Source: Bacteroidales bacterium (GTDB taxonomy: Bacteria > Bacteroidota > Bacteroidia > Bacteroidales > DTGW01). Taken from it: DNA of 64,000 nucleotides. Location of the stretch: assembly GCA_026416115.1 (NCBI GenBank), contig JAOAFU010000234.1, positions 3,393 through 67,392 of the forward strand, in the 5' to 3' direction. This document shows, piece by piece, positions 26,099 through 36,396 of the stretch. Both the position numbers and the translations under genes were made by a program. The number at the start of each line of letters is the position of its first letter. The stretch's first letter is position 1. A model generated the notes under the pieces. It was not told the origin of the DNA, did no database searches, and saw nothing but the letters and a program-made list of their open reading frames with translations.

Positions 26099-28165
26099 AT
26101 GAAGCACAAAACCATTAACCGCGAAATTAGCTGGCTGTCATTTAACGAAAGAGTTTTGCAGGAAGCACTAGACGAAAGAGTACCGTTAGTAGAGCGCCTG
26201 CGGTTTTTAGGTATATATTCAAATAATCAGGATGAATTTTTTAAAGTTCGAGTAGCTACGCTTAAACGCATGATTGATTATGGTTATGATCCCAAAAATT
26301 TACAGGGAGAGAAGCCCGAACGCATTTTAGCTAAAATTCAGGAGAAGGTTATTGAGCTGCAGAAAAAATTTACCTTAGCCTATGAACAAATACTTCAAGA
26401 GTTTGAGAAGGAGAATATATTTTTTGTAAATGAAAAACAACTTACACCCGAGCAAGGAAAATATGTAGATGCCTATTTCGATTCGGTAGTACTTCCCTTT
26501 CTTTCTCCAATTTTGTTGAGTAACGTAAACAAATTTCCTTACATGAAGGATAAATCGATATATTTTGCCATTAAGTTAGAAAATACAAAGACTAACCCCC
26601 ATAATATCGATTATGCCTTGATGGAGATTCCTTCACCATTGCTAAATCGTTTTGTTCAACTTCCATCACACGACGGAAAAAAGTACGTTATTTTGCTCGA
26701 CGACATCATACGCTATTGCTTAAAAGATATTTTTGCCATTTTCGATTACAATCATTTCGAAGCATATACCATAAAACTTACGCGCGATGCTGAGCTTGAC
26801 ATCGATAACGATCTATCTAAGAGCTTATTAGAGAAAATATCGAAAGGTGTTAGTGAGCGGAGCCATGGTCAACCTGTTCGATTTGTATATGATAAAGATA
26901 TACCAGCCGATTTGTTGGAATATATTACTAAAAGGTTAAACTTTGATCCTTCCGATACGGTGTTGGCAGGATCGCGTTACCATAATTTTAAGGACTTTAT
27001 GTCGTTTCCGAACTTAGGTGGTCCTCATTTAGAATATCCACCATTTCCACCATCAGAGCATCCTCGAATCGACAGACATGCCAGCATGTTTAAAGTAATT
27101 GCACAGCGCGACCTTATACTCTATTATCCCTATCAAAAATTTGATCACTTTGTCGACTTTCTCCGCGAGGCCTCTATGGATCCAAAAGTAAAGTCGATTT
27201 GCATTACCATTTACCGTGTAGCAAAAAACTCTAAAGTAATGAATGCATTGATCAATGCTGCACGTAACGGAAAAAAGGTTACCGTAGTAATAGAGCTTCA
27301 GGCAAGATTCGATGAGGAATCGAACATTTATTGGTCGAAAAAACTTGAAGAGGTCGGAGCTACTGTTCTATTTGGTATAAAAGGTTTAAAAGTTCATGCC
27401 AAACTTGTGCTTGTAACCCGAGAGGACGGACAATATGCAGCTATTAGCACTGGTAATTTTCACGAAGGAAATGCTTCAGTCTATACCGATATTACCTTAT
27501 TTACTTGTGATAAAAGACTTACATCTGAAGTAGAAAAATTGTTTTATTTTTTTGACAATCCTTATTGGAATTTCGATTACAAACATCTCTTGGTTTCACC
27601 TCTTTACATGCGTAAACGACTTCTTCAACTGATCGATAACGAGATTAAGAATGCCCGTAGAGGAAAAGATGCATACATTATACTAAAAATTAATAATCTG
27701 GTGGATTCGATCATGGTAAGTAAACTTTACCAGGCTAACCGTGCTGGAGTTAAAATTAAATTATTTGTTCGGGGTATATGTTGTATAACGCCTGGAGTTC
27801 CTGGACTAAGCGAAAATATTGAAGCTATAAGCGTGGTAGATAGATTTTTAGAACATTCACGTGTATTTGTTTTCTGTAACAATAATAATGAGCTTTTCTA
27901 TATTTCTTCGGCCGATTGGATGACGCGTAACCTCGATCATCGTGTCGAAGTAGCATGTCCTATCTTCGACGAAGATATAAAAAAGGAAATTAGAAAAACT
28001 CTTGAGGTCCAATTATCGGATAACGTTAAGGCAAGAATCATTAATGATGTCCAAAACAACATGTATATAAAAAATGACTTACCTCCTGTTCATTCGCAAG
28101 TAATATTATATAATTATTATAAAGAATTGTCCGAAAATAGTCCCTTTCATACAAATAACCCATGA
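26099..28165 (+). CDS. ppk1: Polyphosphate kinase 1
   Basis: 688 aa. N-terminus NREISWLSFNERVLQEA, with two PLD-like HKD-type modules (VHAKLVL..., RFLEHSRVF). Confidence 0.95.
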   Translation: MKHKTINREISWLSFNERVLQEALDERVPLVERLRFLGIYSNNQDEFFKVRVATLKRMIDYGYDPKNLQGEKPERILAKIQEKVIELQKKFTLAYEQILQEFEKENIFFVNEKQLTPEQGKYVDAYFDSVVLPFLSPILLSNVNKFPYMKDKSIYFAIKLENTKTNPHNIDYALMEIPSPLLNRFVQLPSHDGKKYVILLDDIIRYCLKDIFAIFDYNHFEAYTIKLTRDAELDIDNDLSKSLLEKISKGVSERSHGQPVRFVYDKDIPADLLEYITKRLNFDPSDTVLAGSRYHNFKDFMSFPNLGGPHLEYPPFPPSEHPRIDRHASMFKVIAQRDLILYYPYQKFDHFVDFLREASMDPKVKSICITIYRVAKNSKVMNALINAARNGKKVTVVIELQARFDEESNIYWSKKLEEVGATVLFGIKGLKVHAKLVLVTREDGQYAAISTGNFHEGNASVYTDITLFTCDKRLTSEVEKLFYFFDNPYWNFDYKHLLVSPLYMRKRLLQLIDNEIKNARRGKDAYIILKINNLVDSIMVSKLYQANRAGVKIKLFVRGICCITPGVPGLSENIEAISVVDRFLEHSRVFVFCNNNNELFYISSADWMTRNLDHRVEVACPIFDEDIKKEIRKTLEVQLSDNVKARIINDVQNNMYIKNDLPPVHSQVILYNYYKELSENSPFHTNNP

Positions 28166-28343
28166 GGAAGTAAACCGCGTCGGATGTGACTATAAAAAAG
28201 AATATTTGCGAAAATTTCATGTGTATAGCTCTACATAATTTCAATAATAAACCTTTCGGGTGTCGTTCACGGTTGCATATTACTTGTAAATCGAGTTAAT
28301 AATTATTTGGCTTAATTATTTGAGAAAAAAATATTTGTATTGG

Positions 28344-31300
28344 TTATCGAAAAAAAATTACCCTTTGAAAAATAACACGTTCAAAGAATTTGAGTGCTTT
28401 TTTTAGCCAATCCTTGAGAAGAACGACATACAACAATAGAGTCATAAGCCATATTGCGACAATATTAAAAAATAGTGTTTCGATAGACATACTTCCAATT
28501 TTTTTAGTTGGAGCATAAAAATGAGCTCTTCCGAACGGAGAAGTAGCATCGTAAAACACAGGTTCGTACTTTCGGTAAAAAGCACCATGATGTTCGATAA
28601 TTTGATAAGTTTCGGTTTTATTTAAAAGTTGTTCGGCTAAACTTTCGTTGTAATATTTCTTTTTAAATTCAACCAGTTTTTCGTGAGATCCTAACTGAAC
28701 AGTAAGTTTTTCGGTAAGATTATCTCGTTTTGCAATAGCCATGTTCAGTATTTTGGTACTCACACTTCTTGCATGTCGTAAATAGCCGCTAATTTTAGCA
28801 ACACATTCTTCATTGAAATTTTCTACCTCAAAACATTCGGGATATTTAAAAGGAGTTATTCGAATCGTTTGGGCTAGTTGATATGATTCCTTTTCAATCA
28901 TTTTTAGCGTACGAGCAAGCGTATCTACACTGTTTGTTTTCTGACAAAAATCTACCTTAGTCAACAGTTCGGGAATCCAATAATTGTTGCAATAGGTAGC
29001 TGTACTTTCTTCTTTTTCAAGATCATAATAAAATTGTTCATACCTATTATTTTTAAACTGACTTACAGCAATTGCCTCATAGGCCCAACGTGAGGCCATC
29101 ATATCGCCAATAACCGGTACATATTGATGATGACTAAGCCATGGATGTAGTTTATCAAATTTTATAACTGTTCCACTTAGCAAAAGCTGTGGTATAAGTA
29201 ATACAGGAATCAAAATGTATATGGCCACTACTGATTTGAGGCTGGCCGAAAGTGTGAGTCCAAGCAGATTTGCAAAACATGCAGTTGAAAATAAGACCGT
29301 CCAATATGCCCCGGTTAACCCTTTGACCGAGAGAATCCAGTGACTTATCAGAACATACGCCAACATTTGAAAAGCAGAGATAGTAAACAGATAAACTATT
29401 TTTGAATGAATGTAGCTTCCACGACTAAGGTTAAGAAAAGATTCTCGTTTAAGTTGCTTGGCATCGCGTATAATTTCTTCGGCACTTACCATCATCCCTA
29501 CAAAAAGAGCAACCACAACGCTCATAAAAATAAAAGCTGGAATATTATCGTTTTCGCCAAAAAGGTACGATTGGTTTTTCGAGTAATATTTTGAGAAAAA
29601 TGAAAGGACAAGCGCTAGAATTGGGGCTTCTAAAATATTGATTATCAAATATTGAGTATCGACAATTTTACACTTGATATTTCTAACAAGGAAATAATAA
29701 AACTGTCGCCATTTATTGGGAACTTTAAATATTGATTTTGGCAAGGGTTTACTGTACAATTGAACATTAATATGCTTATCAATATTTTGCAAGTACATAC
29801 TATACCATTCGTCGGGCGAAATTACTCTCTCCGTGGTTTCGTACCCATTTGCATCTATTTTAACGGTCTCAACAATTTCGAGTATTTGTTCGGGGTTAAT
29901 ATTTCCACACCAAATACATTCATTTTCTTCGGCATTAATATGTTGTGTAATGTTTTTAAAATAGGCAAGCGAATCGATTGTGTTGCCGTAGTATACAGGT
30001 CGCCCCCCCTGATCAAGCACCAACAATCGATCGAACATTTTAAAAATATCGGATGAGGGCTGATGAATATTGACAATAACAATTTTACCTTCGTGAGTCT
30101 GCTGTTTAAGGAGTTCCATCACTTTTTCCGAGTCGCTAGACGAAAGACCCGACGTAGGTTCATCAACGAGTAAAATGGAAGGTTCGCGCATTAATTCGAG
30201 GGCAATATTGAGTCGCTTACGTTGTCCCCCACTGATAAATTGGTTGAGAGGATTGCCTACCTTTAAATCTTTAATTTCATATAGTGATAGCTTTTTTAAT
30301 AATTGAATTACTTTTTTTGAAAGTTCCTCCTCGTTTAGATTTGCAAAACAAAATCTTGCATTGAAAAGTAGATTTTCAAAAACAGTAAGTTCCTCTATCA
30401 GAAAGTCGTCTTGAGGAATAAAACCTATTACCCCTTTAACCTTGTCTGGATATTTGTATATATCGATATGATTAATGTAAACAGAACCTCTATCGGGACG
30501 TTGTTGTCCATTGAGGATGTTGAGTAGGGTTGATTTACCTACCCCACTACCTCCCATAATTGCAATCAGTTCACCCGAATAAGCAACAAAATTAAATTTT
30601 CTTATACCATTTGAGCTATTCTTGTATTTATACTCAATTCCAATGGCTGCTAACTGAATGTCGGAAGTATTGATTCTGCTTAAAAAGTTTTTTGCAATAT
30701 CGGTATAATGAATGGGTTGCATTCCAGGTTTACGAATAGCAAAGCCTTTTTGAAGCTCATATATACGCTCAGATACTATAGGTTTTGCATTTAAAGTATA
30801 TTCCTCCGAGGTGTTTTCAACTCTGAAAAAAAATTGATTTAATCTACTCTGATGGTATACTACAATATAGCCCTTTATGTTTTCGCGATAAACATGATGT
30901 CTGAAAAATCGATTTTCTTCTTCTCCAGAAATTATTAGAAAAGAATAATTTCTTGCTTTGTGCGATAACGTTCCAAATACAAATAGGAACATCTTGTCGT
31001 AATCTTCGGGATCGATGTTAAGAATTCGGGCAAATGTGTTCAAAAAGTCGAGAGCATAAGGAGCTAAAGTATTATCTGGATTTCGAAGGATATCGAAAAG
31101 TTGAAGGATTAAAAAGTTTTTTTGTCTAACGTTTAAACTGTCATTGAGCTGATCGCCAATCAATAAAATTTTTACTGAGAATACAGATAAAAGTTTCTCG
31201 CCACTTTTACCCCCTTTACGTTGCAGATTTTTGAAATGAAATTCGAAAATTTGTAAGTAGTGAGCAGCTTTTTCGGGGTTGGTAAGCTGATTTAAAAATG

Positions 31301-31415
31301 CATTAGCAATTTGTCGAGTGTGTTGAAAGTCGGTGGTTGCATTTTCGGCCGAGGAACGCAAATTGCCTACAATTGCAAACAATCTCATAATAGATTTTAC
31401 AGCCGACTCTGTCAT
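28344..31415 (-). CDS. ABC-G-type (NBD then ABC-2 permease) transporter with ~270-aa N-terminal and ~280-aa C-terminal extensions
   Basis: Walker A GGSGVGKST, signature ISGGQRKR, Walker B ILLVDEPTSGL, then six TM helices and a long helical tail ending in one more TM helix. ATG at 31415 (MTESAVK); the track start at 31439 is a TTG. Confidence 0.85.
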   Translation of the reverse strand: MTESAVKSIMRLFAIVGNLRSSAENATTDFQHTRQIANAFLNQLTNPEKAAHYLQIFEFHFKNLQRKGGKSGEKLLSVFSVKILLIGDQLNDSLNVRQKNFLILQLFDILRNPDNTLAPYALDFLNTFARILNIDPEDYDKMFLFVFGTLSHKARNYSFLIISGEEENRFFRHHVYRENIKGYIVVYHQSRLNQFFFRVENTSEEYTLNAKPIVSERIYELQKGFAIRKPGMQPIHYTDIAKNFLSRINTSDIQLAAIGIEYKYKNSSNGIRKFNFVAYSGELIAIMGGSGVGKSTLLNILNGQQRPDRGSVYINHIDIYKYPDKVKGVIGFIPQDDFLIEELTVFENLLFNARFCFANLNEEELSKKVIQLLKKLSLYEIKDLKVGNPLNQFISGGQRKRLNIALELMREPSILLVDEPTSGLSSSDSEKVMELLKQQTHEGKIVIVNIHQPSSDIFKMFDRLLVLDQGGRPVYYGNTIDSLAYFKNITQHINAEENECIWCGNINPEQILEIVETVKIDANGYETTERVISPDEWYSMYLQNIDKHINVQLYSKPLPKSIFKVPNKWRQFYYFLVRNIKCKIVDTQYLIINILEAPILALVLSFFSKYYSKNQSYLFGENDNIPAFIFMSVVVALFVGMMVSAEEIIRDAKQLKRESFLNLSRGSYIHSKIVYLFTISAFQMLAYVLISHWILSVKGLTGAYWTVLFSTACFANLLGLTLSASLKSVVAIYILIPVLLIPQLLLSGTVIKFDKLHPWLSHHQYVPVIGDMMASRWAYEAIAVSQFKNNRYEQFYYDLEKEESTATYCNNYWIPELLTKVDFCQKTNSVDTLARTLKMIEKESYQLAQTIRITPFKYPECFEVENFNEECVAKISGYLRHARSVSTKILNMAIAKRDNLTEKLTVQLGSHEKLVEFKKKYYNESLAEQLLNKTETYQIIEHHGAFYRKYEPVFYDATSPFGRAHFYAPTKKIGSMSIETLFFNIVAIWLMTLLLYVVLLKDWLKKALKFFERVIFQRVIFFR

Positions 31416-31535
31416 TACGCACACATTAATTTGATGCAAATTTAAGCATCAGAAAGGTATAAAAAAAATAGCATGTTGCAAGCAATAATAAGATAATTCT
31501 CGAATAACTACCTGCAATATGCATTAAGGACTATC

Positions 31536-32279
31536 TTAAATCAACTTCTTTGCAGATAAAGCAGCTCCAATTATACCGGCATTATTTAACAATTGCGCTG
31601 TTACAGTTTTGGTTTTAAGAGTTAGCTGAGATAAAAATTTGTCTTCATGCTTACTAATTCCACCTCCTACAATAAAAAGGTCGGGCCAAAATAAATTTTC
31701 GAGATACATTAGGTATTCATTTATCCGTTTAGCCCATTCTGACCACTCGAGATTAGAACTTTTTCGTGTTGCATCTGATGCATATTTTTCTGCTTCCCTG
31801 TCGCCCGGTAAATAAATATGACCAAGTTCGGTATTGTATATAAGTTTTCCTTTATTTACAATGACGCTACCAATACCCGTACCAATCGTTACGAGAATTA
31901 TAAGTCCCTTATTGTCTTTCCCTGCTCCAAATTTGATCTCGGCTAAACCAGCAGCATCGGCATCGTTGATTAACCTAATAGGACGGTCTACTTTTTTTTT
32001 AAGAAACAATTCATAATTTAACCCAATAAATGACGAATCGATATTGGCAGCAGTATATACAGTACCATTTTTAACGACTGCTGGAAAACCAACTCCCACC
32101 GGACCCTTATAATCAAATTTACTCACCAGTTCAGCTATAGTAATAGCAATATTTTCAGGCGATGGAGGTGTAGGAGTAGGAATTCGAATTCGTTCAGTCG
32201 ATAACTTGCCTTCGCGACAGTTCACGATTGCGCCTTTTATACCCGACCCTCCCACATCGATACCCAAAATTTCTTTCAT
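31536..32279 (-). CDS. ppgK: Polyphosphate glucokinase (ROK family, PPGK-like)
   Basis: 247 aa. Collinear with actinobacterial PPGK as recalled: GIDVGGSGIKGA, RIPTP.P, NDADAAGLAE..FGAG, GTGIGS, NTELGH, WPDLFI.GGGISK. Confidence 0.85.
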   Translation of the reverse strand: MKEILGIDVGGSGIKGAIVNCREGKLSTERIRIPTPTPPSPENIAITIAELVSKFDYKGPVGVGFPAVVKNGTVYTAANIDSSFIGLNYELFLKKKVDRPIRLINDADAAGLAEIKFGAGKDNKGLIILVTIGTGIGSVIVNKGKLIYNTELGHIYLPGDREAEKYASDATRKSSNLEWSEWAKRINEYLMYLENLFWPDLFIVGGGISKHEDKFLSQLTLKTKTVTAQLLNNAGIIGAALSAKKLI

Positions 32280-32312
32280 ATCAACTATTAGGTTAAAAAC
32301 ACAAAAGAAGCA

Positions 32313-33998
32313 TCATTTTACAAACTGGCGTGCATAATATTTTACGCTAAGTTTTTCTCCAGTTGCTTTTTCGATCATTTCATTCCACTGATAACGCATG
32401 CCGGGTTTAAACACTTTTTCTTGTAAAAACTTGCCTACTTCTGGGTGATTATAATAACTTACCCTCCTAATATCGGTTGTATCGTTTACTACGTGGTAAC
32501 AAATATAGTAATGTAATTGGGATGCAAGGAGTTCGCCAAGTAAATAATTGTGATAGTAACAAGGTACAGTAGCAATATGAATTTTACTTGCCCAGTCGGG
32601 TTCATTTCTGTTAAATGGTTTTTTAAGCATTTGATATTTTTCAACAAGTTTCCACCACAAAGCATTTAGATCTTGATCGGGGTTTTCGTACATGCTTTTT
32701 TCGAACCGGTACATCACCTGCGACCAACGGCTAAAAACGAGCTGTTCGAGGCGTAAGGTATTATAACAACTTTCTGAAATGACTTTTGCCTCTTGTTTGC
32801 TTAAACCTATTGCTTCGGTCATCCAGTAAGGATTTTTCGACAGTCGGCCAAAAAGCATTGCAATAGCCTCGGTGGTAAAAATATGAGCAGGTTGGCGTAA
32901 AACAAAGGGTAACTGTCGATCGATATATTTATCATAAACTGCATGACCAAATTCATGAAGCATGGTATTCATCCATTGTTCGTTAGGCTTAATATTGCAA
33001 AGAACTCTAACATCTCCTTCATTATCTATATCTGTGCAGAATGCATGTTGGTTCTTTCCAGGTTTTTCGTAGAGGTCGCTTTTAGCTAAAAGATCGTCAA
33101 TAGGTAAACCAATGCTTTGATAAAATTGCGATGTAACCTTCTCGAGGTTCTGATTTTTATAGTACTTATCTAAGTCGACGGGATAAATCTCTGGAGCTTC
33201 CTGGAAAAATCGATTTTGATAATGCCAAGGCATAAGCTGATCGGGATTTATTTTATATCGTTTAGCTAAAAACTGATCTATTTCAGATTTTACCTTAGCA
33301 AAACTTTCGAAGGTTAGTTTATCCAATTCGTCGAAAAGTTTCTCAATTTCGTTTGGATCCTGGTCGTTGAGCTTAAGACTCATCTCATGAAAATTTGCAA
33401 AACCAAGCTGACGAGCCAAGGTATTACGTTTTTTTACAAGGCTGATGATATCAGCCGATACTACAGGTCCAATCCGCTTGTGGGCTTCCCATGCAGCTTG
33501 AAGCAAAGTATTGTCGGTTGAATTTTTTAGTATGTGTTCTATTTCATTGTCGGTATACGAACTATCGTTAATAACAGCTCGAAAGGTGCTATATTTTTGT
33601 TCAATTTTATTTTCCAGCTCTATAATCTCTTTTTGAAGGTTTGTATCGGCTTGGAATGAAAGATATGTAAGATAGAGCACTTGTAACTGTCGTTGTTCGA
33701 TAGAATCGGTAATAACACCAGAGGCTTTAATTTTTTCGAGCAGTTTAAAAGCATCTCGGTTGGTATGGAACATAGCATACTTCTTTTTTAGCAAAGCATA
33801 ACGCTCATAATCCTCAGTTTTGCCAGAAATTGATGCCGACCATTGTGCCAAGTTCATTTCCTTGCTTAAGGGTACAATAACGCTATCGTATTCGAAAATA
33901 AACTTTTTGAAATCTGCTCTCATTTTTGTTTCGTCTTGATTACAAGCTAACATGAATACAAGTCCGCTAGCTAATATAATTTTTTTCAACAGTTTCAT
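32313..33998 (-). CDS. M2-family (ACE-like) zinc metallopeptidase, exported
   Basis: 561 aa with a lipoprotein-like signal (LVFMLAC). HEFGH followed about 24 aa later by TEAIA, mirroring ACE HEMGH...HEAIGD. N-terminal A.W...SG pattern. Confidence 0.75.
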   Translation of the reverse strand: MKLLKKIILASGLVFMLACNQDETKMRADFKKFIFEYDSVIVPLSKEMNLAQWSASISGKTEDYERYALLKKKYAMFHTNRDAFKLLEKIKASGVITDSIEQRQLQVLYLTYLSFQADTNLQKEIIELENKIEQKYSTFRAVINDSSYTDNEIEHILKNSTDNTLLQAAWEAHKRIGPVVSADIISLVKKRNTLARQLGFANFHEMSLKLNDQDPNEIEKLFDELDKLTFESFAKVKSEIDQFLAKRYKINPDQLMPWHYQNRFFQEAPEIYPVDLDKYYKNQNLEKVTSQFYQSIGLPIDDLLAKSDLYEKPGKNQHAFCTDIDNEGDVRVLCNIKPNEQWMNTMLHEFGHAVYDKYIDRQLPFVLRQPAHIFTTEAIAMLFGRLSKNPYWMTEAIGLSKQEAKVISESCYNTLRLEQLVFSRWSQVMYRFEKSMYENPDQDLNALWWKLVEKYQMLKKPFNRNEPDWASKIHIATVPCYYHNYLLGELLASQLHYYICYHVVNDTTDIRRVSYYNHPEVGKFLQEKVFKPGMRYQWNEMIEKATGEKLSVKYYARQFVK

Positions 33999-34116
33999 AG
34001 TCAGTTTTTTGGGTGAATATTCAGTTAAATTTAATGATGAGTAAAAATAAGCAATGTTTTTTAATTTTTTGGGTGTATTAGTTAATTATAGAGGATGTAT
34101 TATTATTTAAAAAGAA

Positions 34117-35043
34117 CTATAACGATTTATTATTATTTCTGAGCGACTCGATAATGCTTTTTCGTTCGAAGATAGACGGTTTAACCGGAGATTGAAAATT
34201 TAATTGGCCATGAAAATGCTCAATTTTTTCAAAACCAAATTTTTCCATCCAATTGGACAAACAATTGAGAAGCTGCTCGATTTGGAATTGAGCTGGATCG
34301 TTAGGTTTTAAAATCAGAGCATTTGCTCCTGCAAGCAGATGTTTTATGGGTTCATCGGGATGAATATTGATTCGAAGTTGAGTTGCAAAATCGGCACGCG
34401 GAAAATATGCAGAAAGGTAAGCAATCCATTTTAGGTTTATTCCATGACAAAATTCGCTATCAGAATAGCTTTTTAGGAAATATTCGTGTTGATCAATATC
34501 TACATCAAAAACAGGTTGGTAAACCGTAGGACAAAAACCTTGAACACCGCGGTAAAACAGTTGTTCCACCATATTAAATAGGTTAGTAAAGTAAATTGGA
34601 AGAGTAATTAAAACGGGTATTTTAATGCTATAGGAAATTTTTGCGACAGCTTCAAGAAAAATTTTTTCATAGTCGTTCGAGCGAAAATCTTTATCATCGG
34701 GGAAAAAAAACAAGCGAAGATTAAGAGCATCAACCCCTTCTTTTTCTAATTGAGCACATAATTCATCTATTGGCATACCAATAGTTCCATCGATTGAGGC
34801 AATTAGAGGTGTTTCGATTGAATTTTTCCATTCGGAAATTTTCACAAAATAATTTTCCAACAAATTTTCCTCCTGATTTGAATTATTTAAAATCTCGAAA
34901 GGAATAGATGAAAGTAAGACACCACCATATAATTTTGCAAGCTGGAAATCGTTGGGAGAAGTAAATGGATTAATTTCCAAAATAAAAGGATTAGGAAGGG
35001 TAAGTTCGAGAAAAGAAATTTTCAGATCAACCATTGTTGTCAT
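34117..35043 (-). CDS. Dihydroorotate-dehydrogenase-like TIM-barrel protein (function unknown)
   Basis: Start taken at ATG 35043 (MTTMVDLK...), which overlaps the upstream stop as ATGA. The N-terminal L.L.NPF pattern and alternating beta/alpha layout resemble class 1 DHOD-like proteins. Catalytic residues not verified. Confidence 0.5.
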   Translation of the reverse strand: MTTMVDLKISFLELTLPNPFILEINPFTSPNDFQLAKLYGGVLLSSIPFEILNNSNQEENLLENYFVKISEWKNSIETPLIASIDGTIGMPIDELCAQLEKEGVDALNLRLFFFPDDKDFRSNDYEKIFLEAVAKISYSIKIPVLITLPIYFTNLFNMVEQLFYRGVQGFCPTVYQPVFDVDIDQHEYFLKSYSDSEFCHGINLKWIAYLSAYFPRADFATQLRINIHPDEPIKHLLAGANALILKPNDPAQFQIEQLLNCLSNWMEKFGFEKIEHFHGQLNFQSPVKPSIFERKSIIESLRNNNKSL

Positions 35044-35735
35044 TCGATTTCGTCGGTAGAACGTTTTTTCTTGGGTTTTCCTATAGAGTACGTTAATTTC
35101 CAACCCAAAATGTAGGTATAATCATTTTTTTTGAAAAAAGCATCCTGAAGCCCATAAAAGGCAGAAAGTCCCATTTTTTTATTAAATTGATATTTAGCAC
35201 CGAATTGCGTACGATATTTGTCTGAAAAAAACTCAGGATACATTAAAGTAAAGTGTTCGAACGAAAGAAAAAAGATAATGGGTTGGGTTGGCCATCTATA
35301 GTTTAAAGTGATTTTATTTCGCCATTGGATAGCATCATTACTTACATATCCATTATTTGTTTCTGCTATGTATTCCAGGCGGGTTTGCATTTCGAAAGTA
35401 AACCTTTGAATACGGGGTGCATATTTAAGTATGGCTATACCTCTATGTTCGTTGCGGTAAAAGCCTTTAGAGTAAAATCTGCTATACCTATAACCACCCG
35501 AAAGGGTAACCCTTTTAATTAATTTATAGTCGATCCCGCTTTCGGATTGAAATTTTTTTAATTCCGATGAGTTATTATCGTACCTTAATTCGTTATCCCA
35601 AAAAAAGTTGGTTTTTGAACTGAGATTATAATTCAGATCAATAGCATGCCACGATTCGAGATCGGTCTGAGCAAAAGTAATTTTTACAAAGAACAAACCA
35701 ACCAGAGTTGCTGCCTTAATCCTCATCGTCGTCAT
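35040..35735 (-). CDS. DUF2490-like outer-membrane beta-barrel protein
   Basis: 231 aa with a signal peptide. Alternating amphipathic strands rich in Tyr/Arg/Asn, ending in an aromatic-rich strand. Overlaps the upstream gene by 20 nt. Confidence 0.55.
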   Translation of the reverse strand: MTTMRIKAATLVGLFFVKITFAQTDLESWHAIDLNYNLSSKTNFFWDNELRYDNNSSELKKFQSESGIDYKLIKRVTLSGGYRYSRFYSKGFYRNEHRGIAILKYAPRIQRFTFEMQTRLEYIAETNNGYVSNDAIQWRNKITLNYRWPTQPIIFFLSFEHFTLMYPEFFSDKYRTQFGAKYQFNKKMGLSAFYGLQDAFFKKNDYTYILGWKLTYSIGKPKKKRSTDEIE

Positions 35736-36384
35736 TATCGGCGTAATAGTTATCTACAGTGTTTTCGTCGCTATAGTAATAAATACTTATTTGAACGGTA
35801 TCGCGCATAAAGTTAATTTTACCAATCTCTACGCGATTTATTTTTAAACCTGTTCTTTTCTCCAAGTCTGCAATTAACTCCTGTCTTTTCTCTGGTTTAA
35901 TAAGATCGATTTTCTCATAAGTAATAACCTTGCACGATTCGTGTCGAAGTAACCAAATTTTTTCGAGTCCAAAAATCAAAGCTACCACGATAAAATTAGT
36001 AAAAAACAATTCGGCATAACTGGTTTTTTTGTTGGCTAATGCATTAATAACAGAAATCCCAATTATTACAAAAAGATAGGTCATCTCCTTAATAGGCATT
36101 GGATTAGTTCGGTAACGAATTATGCCAAAAACAGCAAAAAGCCCTAAAGCAAACCCAAGCTGCAATTTAACATTACCCAACATAAAACATATCAGAAAAG
36201 TTATAACTGCTATCAAAATATAGGTAAACAGATAGTCCTTACGTTTGGTAATAGGATAGTACAATAACCTAACGATAATAAACACAATAAGTAGATTAAA
36301 CGAAAAACGTAGAAGTAATTCCATAAAACCTTTCGGATCGTAAATATTCAAACCAAAAAGGGTAGCATTCTTAAGTGTTTCCAT
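35716..36384 (-). CDS. DUF4956-like inner-membrane protein
   Basis: 222 aa. Four to five TM helices followed by a ~70-aa soluble C-terminal domain and an acidic tail (DNDDDED). This family is recalled as the usual genomic partner of bacterial VTC-domain proteins. Confidence 0.6.
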   Translation of the reverse strand: METLKNATLFGLNIYDPKGFMELLLRFSFNLLIVFIIVRLLYYPITKRKDYLFTYILIAVITFLICFMLGNVKLQLGFALGLFAVFGIIRYRTNPMPIKEMTYLFVIIGISVINALANKKTSYAELFFTNFIVVALIFGLEKIWLLRHESCKVITYEKIDLIKPEKRQELIADLEKRTGLKINRVEIGKINFMRDTVQISIYYYSDENTVDNYYADNDDDED

Positions 36385-36396
36385 AAATGTATATTC

